Shown in pieces: positions 1-10,000 of a stretch of 20,000 nucleotides of DNA. This DNA comes from an uncultured virus (IMG/VR IMGVR_UViG_3300009034_000863). Lineage: Duplodnaviria; Heunggongvirae; Uroviricota; Caudoviricetes. The translations under genes and the position numbers were made by a program. The notes below the pieces were generated by a model that was given only the letters and a program-made list of their open reading frames with translations, was not told where the DNA came from and ran no database searches. Numbering within the stretch: position 1 is the first letter of the stretch; each line of letters begins with the position of its first letter. The stretch lies in the IMG/VR virus record IMGVR_UViG_3300009034_000863; one strand, written 5' to 3'.

Positions 1-316
1 ACCCGATCATGAAGCAAAGTTGCTGGAAGATTCTAGATTCATTGACACTAGCCAATATGGTGATAGGGCACCTATCTTGAAAGGTGAGATAGGAAAAGCT
101 GCAGGACTTAAACTATTGACTTGTATCCATTCGTATCCACATTGCGTAATGTTCTTGGACACTAGTAGAGCTGGATGGTTGCTTTTGAAGAGAGATCTAG
201 ACATGAAACTTAAAGAATTACCTGAAGTAGACTCATACGCATATTACTTCTATATGGAACTATTGCCAAAGGTTATACATGAAGACGCTATAGTTTGCGT
301 TGCAGTGGACGAGTAA
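1..316 (+). CDS. Major capsid protein (HK97 fold), C-terminal part; 5' end lies outside the window
   Basis: The frame is open from position 2 (PDHEAKLLEDSRF...). The pattern 'P..LL.D..F....G....L.GEIG...G' and the terminal 'ELLPKVIHEDAIV' are typical of HK97-type capsid C-termini. It precedes neck and tail genes. Confidence 0.8.
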   Translation, partial: PDHEAKLLEDSRFIDTSQYGDRAPILKGEIGKAAGLKLLTCIHSYPHCVMFLDTSRAGWLLLKRDLDMKLKELPEVDSYAYYFYMELLPKVIHEDAIVCVAVDE

Positions 317-339
317 AAGCCATAATTATTTATTCTAAC

Positions 340-383
340 GACATATTCCTCTTTGTAGGAGTATGTCAATAAACTTTATTTTT
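340..383 (+). terminator. Stem-loop plus T-rich tract after the capsid gene
   Basis: GACATATTCCT (340-350), loop CTTTGT, AGGAGTATGTC (357-367): 11-bp stem with one G-U pair, followed by TTTATTTTT (375-383). Confidence 0.6.
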
Positions 384-435
384 ATAATCTTCTTTATAAG
401 ATAGTGTATATTATATTAAACAGGGAGGACCAAGA

Positions 436-1191
436 ATGGTATATAATGAACCAGATGATGTTCGTAGGATAGGAAACTTAACTCCTAAACAGGCACCTAA
501 CGATCTACTGCAAGAATTCATAAATAAAGCAGATAGATCTCTTATTAACGGAATAACTGTTCAGGTAAGAAATGAAGAAATGGTAGATGATATCAATCGT
601 AATTATAAACAGGTTATAGACGGTGACAATAAAGTATATTATACTCAACATTTTCCATTAGCTGATACTAATGCTACTTACACTGAAATAAATAGCATTA
701 CGAAATGGGTATGGACAGACGATATTACAGTATATACATGGGGTACAAAGTTTGATGAGAGTACAAGGTCAGAAGTAACGGTTATTGATATTAATGATAA
801 GACTGGAAGAATAGAGTTAGAGACAGCTCCTTCTGCAGCAAGTGTTGCTTGGGTTACTTGTGAATATTCTTATTATTACAATGAAATGGATTGGGATTTA
901 ATACAGGAAGTAGCAGCTTTAGGGGCATTACTAAGATGGGCTAGGAGAATATATTTCTGGCAACCTGATAGTGCAAGGATTGGACCATTAGATATCAAGT
1001 TTATCCCTAGAGGAAGTAAACTTGGAACTATTGAAGGAGGATTACCAACTACAAGAATTTATAGAGCATATGTTAGAGGTCTTAATTTACTTAAGAAGAA
1101 ACCATTTGCTAAGACTAAGGCTAGAGATATTAAAAGAATACGACAGATAGAAGAGAAAGACGATTTCATCTATACTGATATTCCACAGTAG
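436..1191 (+). CDS. Putative head-tail adaptor (gp6/gp15-like) with an inserted beta-rich domain
   Basis: First gene after the capsid gene, RBS GGGAGG at 423-428. N-terminal 'YNEPDDVRR...LLQEFINKADRSL' and later helical 'DLIQEVAALGA' fit adaptor proteins. Confidence 0.6.
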   Translation: MVYNEPDDVRRIGNLTPKQAPNDLLQEFINKADRSLINGITVQVRNEEMVDDINRNYKQVIDGDNKVYYTQHFPLADTNATYTEINSITKWVWTDDITVYTWGTKFDESTRSEVTVIDINDKTGRIELETAPSAASVAWVTCEYSYYYNEMDWDLIQEVAALGALLRWARRIYFWQPDSARIGPLDIKFIPRGSKLGTIEGGLPTTRIYRAYVRGLNLLKKKPFAKTKARDIKRIRQIEEKDDFIYTDIPQ

Positions 1192-1200
1192 GGATAGGAG

Positions 1201-1560
1201 ATGTTTGTCCTAGAAACTATGTTAGATAGGGATTACACCCTGAAGAAAATAACTGAAAGAGTAGTGGATGATATTTATGGTACTACTGAAGTTTCAGAAA
1301 CAGAATATGAAATAAAAGGCATGATTATTCCTTTGACAACTGAAGATTTAAGATATGAACTCGGAGGTAAATATGAAGCAGGAGATGCCAGAGGATATTT
1401 TCTTCAAGAATATATTATAGGAACAGAGATTATAACAGTTAAAAACAATGATATTTTAGTTGATGGAGAAAAGAATTATAGAGTAGATATCTATAATGAT
1501 TATAAATGGAAGAACATTGAAGTCAGAGAAGTATATATGAGGAGAATAAAAGATGCCTAA
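1201..1560 (+). CDS. Putative head closure (stopper) protein
   Basis: 119-aa beta-rich protein second in the neck module. 'DDIYG' and 'DILVDGEKNYRV' resemble the D.i...g..y.v motif of head-closure proteins. Confidence 0.6.
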   Translation: MFVLETMLDRDYTLKKITERVVDDIYGTTEVSETEYEIKGMIIPLTTEDLRYELGGKYEAGDARGYFLQEYIIGTEIITVKNNDILVDGEKNYRVDIYNDYKWKNIEVREVYMRRIKDA

Positions 1561-2092
1561 ACAATCTAAATCTAATCTTAAGAAATTTATTAAGGGTTTC
1601 AAGAGAATAATAAGGGAAGAAATGTACTGGGCATCTAGAAGAGTACCCAAGGCTATAGCTGAAGCATGTCCTGCTCCAGGCATGAAGAATTCTTTTGATG
1701 GTAAATATAGTAGAACCAGAGAAGGAGCAGGATTTGAAGTAACAACCAATTTCCAACCAGTCATTGCTGTGTTTGCTATGGAGTTTGGTAGAAGAGGATT
1801 ACCAATGAGAGGAAAGGCAGCATTTCCAGCTGGAGGATATCCATTAAAGGTAAAGACTGCTATCAAAACTAGAAGACGAGGGTATGGAGAGAAAGAAACA
1901 GTTAGAGGAGAGAAGATGTACGGAAGAGAGAAGGAAAAGTTTGAGGAAGAAGGAATAGTTATAAGACCTGGTCCCATTGCTCCACAGAGAGCTACATTCT
2001 TTATTAGTAGAACATGGGGACAGGAACTAAGAAATATTAAGAGTAGAATAGGAACAAGATTAGAGGGACTAGCAAGGAGAACTGCATTATGA
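1553..2092 (+). CDS. Putative tail completion/neck protein (HK97 gp10-like)
   Basis: Basic protein with 'AIAEACP', 'MEFGRRG' and C-terminal 'PQRATFFISRT'; lies between head closure and tail terminator genes. Confidence 0.6.
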   Translation: MPKQSKSNLKKFIKGFKRIIREEMYWASRRVPKAIAEACPAPGMKNSFDGKYSRTREGAGFEVTTNFQPVIAVFAMEFGRRGLPMRGKAAFPAGGYPLKVKTAIKTRRRGYGEKETVRGEKMYGREKEKFEEEGIVIRPGPIAPQRATFFISRTWGQELRNIKSRIGTRLEGLARRTAL

Positions 2093-2553
2093 GTTTCACA
2101 TTTGAAGGTCTTACAAGAAATATTATTACTTTCTTAAGAGACATATTAGACGATCCTATTTCTAGAGGTACTGAATGGATATATCCAGATTATCCTAGAG
2201 TAGATGCTACTTTGCCTAGAATATCTATTATTCAGAGTGCTACTCCTTGGATAAGAGAATATATTAGTAACCAACAGAGTATATGGGATGTAGGATATAC
2301 TCTAGACATATGGGTAGATTCTAAAAAGAAAGTAAGTATAGGAAATGAAGTTTATTCAGGTAGCAAACTTAGAGAATATTTGACTGATTTAGTTGTAGCA
2401 GCTTTCTTGGATAACAAATTAACACTAGAATCAGATTATGGAATCATGGACGTAATATTAGGATCTATATTTACTCATCCATATAATCAAGAGTTAGATG
2501 AATATAGAAAGACTATACCTCTAACCTTTGTTGTAGTCAGAACTACTGGATAA
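2089..2553 (+). CDS. Putative tail terminator protein
   Basis: 'IYPDYP....LPRISI', 'YTLDIWV' and a C-terminal beta strand; directly upstream of the tail tube gene; ATGA overlap with the previous gene. Confidence 0.65.
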   Translation: MSFTFEGLTRNIITFLRDILDDPISRGTEWIYPDYPRVDATLPRISIIQSATPWIREYISNQQSIWDVGYTLDIWVDSKKKVSIGNEVYSGSKLREYLTDLVVAAFLDNKLTLESDYGIMDVILGSIFTHPYNQELDEYRKTIPLTFVVVRTTG

Positions 2554-2604
2554 TATATATAAACAGGGAACATTAATATCATTACTGAGATCGAGAGGAT
2601 CTCA
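2554..2604 (+). promoter_or_regulatory. TATA-like promoter and 5'-leader hairpin upstream of the tail tube gene
   Basis: TATATATAAA at 2554-2563. Perfect hairpin TGAGATC-GAGAG-GATCTCA at 2586-2604, about where an archaeal transcript would start. RBS GGGAGGT at 2618-2626. Confidence 0.45.
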
Positions 2605-2634
2605 TATAAACCAAGTAAGGGAGGTAAAAATTTA

Positions 2635-3057
2635 ATGAGTCCTACAGTTATTAAAGGCTGGAAAGCTGAAATCTGGTCTAGCACTACTGCTGGAGGTCAA
2701 ACTATGTACCAGGTAGGATATGCTGAATCAGCTACTATGGATATAGATTCTGCTGTTGACGAATTTCTGGCTGTTGGTTCTTTCCAACCAGTAGCTATTG
2801 CAGAAGGTCCAAGAATTCTTTCAGGAACACTTTCAGAGGCTTGGGTAGATAATACTCATATTGCATTCTTGTATGGTGATCCTACTACTAACGAACAAAC
2901 TAGATGGCAAATATATCTGTACAATCCAACAAATAATCTATATGTCTGGGCATATGACTGCTTGATAGAGTCTCTTAGTGTAGACATTCCTGCTGATGGC
3001 TTCTTGACACAAGATGTAGATTTCAGAGCAACGTATTGGAACTATGGATCCTTCTAG
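2635..3057 (+). CDS. Tail tube (major tail) protein
   Basis: 140-aa beta-rich protein with tail-tube-like motifs 'VGYAESATMDID', 'EGPRILSGTLSEAWVD', 'CLIESLSVDIPADGFLTQDVDFRA'; strong RBS; position before chaperone and tape measure genes. Confidence 0.75.
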   Translation: MSPTVIKGWKAEIWSSTTAGGQTMYQVGYAESATMDIDSAVDEFLAVGSFQPVAIAEGPRILSGTLSEAWVDNTHIAFLYGDPTTNEQTRWQIYLYNPTNNLYVWAYDCLIESLSVDIPADGFLTQDVDFRATYWNYGSF

Positions 3058-3077
3058 AACTAAAAGGGGTATCACTC

Positions 3078-3542
3078 TTGTCTTCAGGTATATACTCAAA
3101 AACAGAGAAAGCTATAATGGGATGGACGTTAGCTACCAGAGGGTATATATCGCTTAACTGGAAATACAAGAAGACAGGAGACAACAATCTCTCTTTCTTT
3201 TTATGTCCTGTTGTTGGAATTATAAACACTGATTTTCATTTTCTAGAGAAATGGTTAGAAATTGTTAAAGTTGGCAGAATAAGACCTAGAGGACTTCCAA
3301 GAAGAGGAAAACAAGAATATATCTGGCATATTAATAAACAGAATGTTGTATATGATATTCTGACCAATGCACTCCCTTACATACATGTTCAGGAGAAAAA
3401 AAGACTAGCAGAATTAGTCTTGGAATTCTGTGATTCTAGAAAATTGGGAGGACTCAAGAAAAAGCCTTACTCCCAAAGGGAGAAGGAAATAGCAGATGAG
3501 ATTTCTGCAATAAATAAAAATAGGAGAGGAGGAAGGAATTGA
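3078..3542 (+). CDS. Single-motif LAGLIDADG homing-endonuclease-like protein, probably catalytically degenerate
   Basis: 'EKAIMGWTLATRGYISL' matches the LAGLIDADG helix, followed by 'P.VGIINTD..FLEK', 'K.EYIWHI', 'LPYI...EKKRLAELVLEFC'. The start is more likely TTG at 3078 (RBS GGGGT 3066-3070) than ATG 3036. Confidence 0.75.
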   Translation: MSSGIYSKTEKAIMGWTLATRGYISLNWKYKKTGDNNLSFFLCPVVGIINTDFHFLEKWLEIVKVGRIRPRGLPRRGKQEYIWHINKQNVVYDILTNALPYIHVQEKKRLAELVLEFCDSRKLGGLKKKPYSQREKEIADEISAINKNRRGGRN

Positions 3543-3892
3543 GTAAAGAAACGAGAAAAGTCGCTGAAATAGGGGACTTAGTGGATACAGAAGCAGAGAA
3601 ATGGGTACATATAGATCTAATAGACAAAGAAGTACGTATCAAGAAGATATTACTTGGTTCAATGGGGAAGATTTCTCAGCAAGCAGGTGAGGACCCATTT
3701 GAGAATCTAATATTAATGCTTCTTCAAGGTCTAATAGAACCCAAGCTTACGAGAGAACAGATTGAGAACATGGAACCTTTGAAAGCCAATGAGATTGGAA
3801 TGGCTATAGCAGACTTCAGTGGAATGACTAAGGAAGCAGCTAAAGGTGTAAGAAATTTATCAGAAGCGACTACGGTTTCTCCATCTGGTTAA
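3539..3892 (+). CDS. Tail assembly chaperone (lambda gpG analogue)
   Basis: Lies between tail tube and tape measure genes; 'LLQGLIEPKLTREQIENM' motif; RBS GGAGG near 3526-3532; slippery site near its 3' end. Confidence 0.75.
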   Translation: MSKETRKVAEIGDLVDTEAEKWVHIDLIDKEVRIKKILLGSMGKISQQAGEDPFENLILMLLQGLIEPKLTREQIENMEPLKANEIGMAIADFSGMTKEAAKGVRNLSEATTVSPSG

Positions 3893-4041
3893 TAATGCAT
3901 GAGTTTAACATAGCTGATCCAAAGGTGATAGCAAGCTGGACTCCAGAGTTTCTGTACTTTCTGTCAGAAGGGCTGGAGAGATATAACAAGGAAATATCAA
4001 GGGCAAGGAAAAAGGCATCGAGAAGAGCTAGGAGGAGATAA
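3539..4041 (+). CDS. Frameshift-extended tail assembly chaperone (gpGT analogue, about 167 aa) via -1 slip at A AAT TTA (3853-3859)
   Basis: In-phase X XXY YYZ heptamer in codons AGA AAT TTA. The -1 frame is open 3844-4041 and encodes IRSDYGFSIWLIMHEFNIADPKVIASWTPEFLYFLSEGLERYNKEISRARKKASRRARRR*. Confidence 0.75.
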
Positions 4042-4086
4042 CCTAAATATCCCCTATTTTTATATTAATGTAGGGAGGAATTAAAA

Positions 4087-7000
4087 ATGGGAGCAGCAGA
4101 ACCAGGAAGACCTGTATCGAATATACTTATAAAGTGTTTTATTGAGTGTAGAGAAACGACCAGAAGACTAAAGACTCTACAGAAAGAACAGAAGAAAACT
4201 ATGGCAGCAGGGAAGCAATTAGCAGATGGACAGAAACAAATACAGAATGCATGTTCAAAAACAGGTAACACATTGAGGGAAGTTACAGAAGGTCTTACTG
4301 AACTGAAAGATGCTTATCAATTCACTCCCAAGATAGATGTTGGAGCTACTATTTCTAAACTAGAACAGTTAATGAAGAAAGAAATAGAGCTAGAGAAACA
4401 ATTTGGTAAACTTCAAGACTCCATGATGAAGAAGATGAAGATAGGAGATGTAGAGGGAGTCAAGAAGTTAAGATCAGATATTACAGTTTTAATGGGTAAT
4501 ATGAGGGAACTTCGAGAAACAAGAAAGGGAATGATAGAAGACCTCAGAAGGGAAGTACCAGGAATTAAAGTTCCTTTATATGTAGAATCTAAACAAGCAT
4601 TTCAGAGTATTGGAGAATTAAATAGGCAAAGAGATGAGATAAAGAAACGACAAGAAGGTGTAATGAAAAGTTGGATTAAAGCATCTAAAGAAGGATCTAC
4701 AGAGTTAGCAGAAGGATATAGGAAACAATTTGAGACTATGAATACTGAATTAGGAGGTCTTCAGACTACTATGGAAAGTCTTGTTGGACCAAGGATTTCA
4801 GTAGACTATATGATGACACCTCCACCACAAGAAGTAGGAAGATATATGCTTCAAGAAATCAACAGCATTCAAGAAAGGATCAAGGGAATAATAAGTGAAG
4901 AATTGCCTCCCCAAACTGTAAAGATATATCCTGAAGTCTTTGAGAAATTAACACCAGAAAAAATAGTAGAGGGAATACCGATAGTAAAGGTGAAACAGGA
5001 TGTAATTCAAGAAGTCACTAGGGTATTAAAAGAGCAACTTAAGATTCCAGAACCAGCCGTCCAAGAAATAATTAGGAAAGTAGTAGAAGAACCAGAAGAG
5101 TTGCCAAGAGCAAGAGCTATGGTAGTAGAAATTAATAAGAGACTACTTATGAAAAATCTTAAGCCTTTAACTGAAATGCAATCGACAGAACTAGAATTTG
5201 CAATGATGCCTACTGGAATGACAGAATTAGAAAACAGTATAAGAATACTTAAAGATGCTAGACAGTCACACATAGATAATATTTCTGCTATGGTTACTGG
5301 TGGAAAAGCAGCAACAGAAGCAGGAAAAGGAAGAATAGAGTGGGAACAACGAGTCGCTGATGAATATACTAAAGTATTAGGTTTACTAGCTAGATTTCCT
5401 AAGATAGATATTGCAAAGAATATCAAAGCACAGGCTAGAAGTCTACTAGAAGTCTTAGAACAAGTTAAAGCGTCTATTCATGCATTACCTTCTACTCCAG
5501 AAGTTATGAAAGAGGGTACAAAAGATTTATTTATTAAATGTAAAGTGTTGTGTGAAGAAGCTACACAAAAGGTGCGAGAACTAACTACTCCAAAAGAAAC
5601 ACAGATAACATATCAAGCTAAGGTTCCTGTTGTCAGAGTAGAACCTTTAAAAGTATTAGTTGAATATGTAACTGAAAAGTTTCCTGAAATAAAAATACCA
5701 GAATTAGTACAGAAAATAATTAGGGAGTACGAAGGAGATCTACCTCCAGAGACTTTGAAAGCAACTGTTGATTATGTTTTAGGAAAGATACCTGAACTTC
5801 CAGAGGCTTTTCAGACTATAATATTTAGAAGAAAAGAATTGAAAGAACCACAGTTGAAAGAACTTACACAATTTATTAATTTAGTTCATAAGGAAATGCC
5901 AAAGGTAAAGCCAGAAGACTATATAGCAGAAGGATTGGTAGAAGCTCCCAAAGTAGAGAAACCAGAGATACCTGCTGCTGAAGTACCTATTACATGTAAA
6001 TTAATCTGTATGAAGACTACTACTAAAAACCTAGGTAAAATTACTAAGCCAAAAGAAGTACCAATAGATCTTCCTCATGCAGGGGTTAAAAGAAGTGCTG
6101 GTCGAATAAATCAAAGCATTGGAAATATAGGGGCAGGGATGACTGGTCTTACAAGATCAATTGGCAGTTCATTTGAAATGATGAGTGACAGAGCTGAAAG
6201 ATTCAGAGCTACTCAGTTGAGATGGATCGGTCGAGACTTGATGAGAATAGGATTCATGATTACAATATATGGTAGAATGTTCTCTGAGACTTTCCAGAAG
6301 GCTGCTAAAGCATCTGTGGATTTGGAAGGAGCATTGATGGATGTGGGAGATGTATTAGAAGACATAGCAGATGTTATAGGAACTACTATTGCACCAATCA
6401 TAGAGAGTCTAAGAGGACCATTAGAAATGGTACAGGATTTCTTAGAAACTCATGAAGCAATAGCAACAGTAGTGGGAATAGTCATATTACTTGGAACCGT
6501 CTTTGTAACTTTAGCTTCACAATTGTTCTCTATTATTGGAACTTTAACTGTTCTGAGATTTGGATTGCTACAGATATCTGGTTCAGCATTAGGGGCAAAG
6601 ACAGAAGTTAAAGGCTTAGGTGATATGTTTAAACTTTTGTTTGAAGTATTGTTGGGGGCTGCTAAAGTTCAACAAACAATAGTACAACAGTTAGGTCTTA
6701 CACAGCAAGAAACTAAAGCATTTTCATCAGGAATAGATGATTCAATTGTAAAAATGGAAGCGTTTTTAGGGAGTGAACAGGCTTTAAACCAAGCAGGATA
6801 TAAACTTACAGATGTTTTAAAACAACAAGAGGATGCTTTCAAAGAAATAGGAAAAACAAGTGCTGAAGCAGGTGAAAAAATAACTTCAGAATATTCTACT
6901 TTACATCCAGTTATGAGCAAACTTACAGAATCTTTTGAACAAACTTTTAAAGTATGGCAAGAAGGAAAAGATGCAGCAGCAGCATTATTGAAAAATTCTG

Positions 7001-10000
7001 AAGAGTTAAGAAAGAAACAAGATGCATTAAAAGAAGCTACCAAGAGAAAAGATAGAGAAGGCTTAAAAGCAGAGATTGAACATTTACAGGGTCAAGTTGG
7101 ACTTGGGGTAGCTTATAACCAATTACAGTCAGAAATTGTAAGGACCACTAAAGCAGGAAGAGATTATCAAAATAAAGCATTGAAAGGAATCAAGGCATCA
7201 TCTGAAAAAGTTATTAAATCGACAGAGAAACATAAGGGTACTCTTTCTGGATTGGCTAGACAAATTAGAATAAATGCTCAAGGAATAGTAGAAGCAGTAA
7301 AAGCATATAGGGAAGAACATAATTTGATTGGTAGAACTGAAAAGGCATTTCAAGCAGCAAAAGGAGCAGGTAAGAAGTTTGTAGGTCTTTTGAAATTAAT
7401 TGGTAGAGGTGCACTCGGAGTATTTGGAAGTTTTGTATTGATGAAAACAATACAGCCAATCTTTGAAGGATTAGAGGGTCCATTAGATGTTATAGCAGAT
7501 GTAATTGGAGATGTGGTAGATGTAGTTCAACCATTTCTAGATGCATTTGCAGACTTTATTGAGTTCTTAGGAGAATTAGGACCAGTTGGTAAGGCAGCTC
7601 AAATAGCTATAGCAGCCTTACTTATTGGTCTAATGTTGTTCCCTAGACAGATGATAGAAGCAGTAGCTGGATTAATTAAATTTATATTCCATATTGGAAG
7701 GGCAGGTACAGATTCTCTTACTATGGCTGAACAAGTCAAACAGAGTTTTACTAAAGTCGGACAGGCAGCACATGGAAGTATTACTCCACTGGAACTATTC
7801 AGGTGGGAACTTCAGATGATACATGATCAGGGATTAAAGACTGCTCAGTCACTTCAGTTAGTAACGAGTCAAATGCAAAGAGCTATTACTACAGGAGGAC
7901 ATGCACAAGGTCTATTGAAACCAACTGAAGAATTAGGACAGATGTTTACAGGTACTGCACAAGCTGAAATGGGTCTTGAAGGTGTTACCTTTGCTATGGA
8001 GAATGCTATAACTGTAGGAGATCAACTTGGAACTGTATTCGGAGATATGACAGAGAATATTCCAGTACAACAGTTAAGTCAGGGTGCTTATGGATTTACA
8101 TATATGACTCAGAAGGTAGAAGATGCCTCAGTTACTTTCGACAATGTAAGTAAAAATATGGCTTCAACTGTTCAAGTAACTTCTCAGATGGGAAAAGAAT
8201 TTACTGGAACAGGTAAAGAAATATCTTCTTCACAGAAAGGACTGAAGGGTGCAGTTAAAGGATTGAAGGGATTAGCAGCTGGAGCATTTAAGGGGTTTGC
8301 ATATCTTACTTTGTTTGGTATAGCTCTAGAAGCATTGCAACCTGTGTTAGAACCTTTAGCTGAAGCTATGAGAATGATGTTTGAACCTTTAGAACCAATA
8401 TTTGAGTTGATAGGAGACTGGGTAGAAGAGAATCCAGAATTAGTTCAAGGACTATTCCTTATGGTAGCAGGTCTATGGGCTGCTAATAAAATAATGGGTC
8501 CCTTTGGAGGAGTACTTGGAGTAATTGGTAAAGGATTAGGAGGATTAGGAACAGGAGCCGATACAGCGTCAGGCGGACTTAGTTCTTTTACTAAAGAAAG
8601 TGCTGCAAATCTTTTAGCAATAGCAGCTATAGTGGCAGCATTATCTTTACTAGTTAATTCATTTGCTAATATTGTTAAAGTCTTCAAAGAAAGTGAAATA
8701 TCTATTGATCAATTTGTAGAAGTTTTAGCTGCTGTTTCAGTTGCAGCTGGAGGATTAGTTGCTGTTATAGGATTGATAGGTAAAGCATTTGGAGGTTCAT
8801 TAGATACCGCTTTAGTCTTGGCTGGAATATCAGCAGTAGTCGCTGCTTTATCTCTAATGATTAATGCATTCTCAAGTTTTGTTAAGTCTGCTGGAGAATC
8901 AGGACAAGAAATAGGAGATATAATCAATTTAATACTTGCATTGTCAGTAGCTATGGCTATTCTTGTCGGTGTAATTGAATTAATGGCTGGAATAATGGGT
9001 AAGCTAGGTGGAACATGGAAGACTGCTTTGGGAGTAGGAGCAATAGCTGTAGTAGTAGGATCTTTATCTCTACTAGTAAACTCGTTTGGAGACTTCCTTA
9101 GAGCAGTTGGTGAATCTGGAATGGCAGCTCAAGACATTATCAATGTAATCAATGCAATGGCTGTAGCCATGGGAGCATTAGTAACTGTTATTGGAATAAT
9201 AGCAGTAATAATGGGTGCAACTGGTCCAATCGGATTAATAGCTGTAGGAGCTATAGCTGCTTTTGCAGCTCTAATAGCATCACTAGCTTTCTTAGTCACT
9301 GCTCTTGCTGAATTCATAAAGGGAATAGTTGAGATGGGTAAACACTGGAAGAAAGTTAAGAAGATGATATTAGAAATAGGTCCGACTTTGATAAAAGGAA
9401 TAGAAAATACTGTAGATGAAATATTGAGAGTAATAGAAACTAAAGTACCTGAATGGGTAAGGAAGTTTGCAGAAGGACTAAGGAAGATAGCAGATGCAAT
9501 AACTTCAAATGCTCCTAGCATTATAGATTCTTTCTCTAGAATATTTAGTTCACTTGCGGACATAGTGATAAAATCAGTAGATTCTATAATAAGTAATTTC
9601 GCTAGAGTCTTCACTGAAATCTTAGGTGTAATAGGAACGAAATCTGATGAGATAATACAGGCATTTGTTAGTATGGCAGTTGGAATAGCAGGTTCACTAG
9701 AAGAAGGAATATCAGAAATAGTAGTTGGATTCTCAAATATGTTTAGTGAAGTATTCTCTACTTTGGGAACTCAGATCCCATTAGTTGTAGAAAAATTCTC
9801 TACTATGATAGGTGACATAACAATTGCAGTAGGTACTGGAATAAACGATATTATTGACACATTTGGAGATATGGTTATAGATATAGCTAATAGGATAGGA
9901 GAGAAAGCGTCTCTAGTAATAAATGCTATAGGAGATATCATAAAAGGTATCATAAGTGAATTTGGTAAGAACGCTGAAGATATTGTCGATCTAGGTGGAG

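Noticed and set aside
3036..3077. ATG 3036 start for the LAGLIDADG ORF
   Set aside because: It lies inside the tail tube gene without an RBS; TTG 3078 has a suitably spaced GGGGT.
2635..3892. Intron or intein hosting the LAGLIDADG ORF
   Set aside because: Flanking genes are complete with their own starts and stops, there is no non-coding room for an intron core, and no N-terminal intein splicing motif in a host protein.
7..4271. Minus-strand ORFs 7-204, 1456-1977, 1523-1756, 2487-2684, 3023-3229, 3454-3642, 4065-4271
   Set aside because: They overlap well-supported + strand structural genes and have no recognisable motifs.
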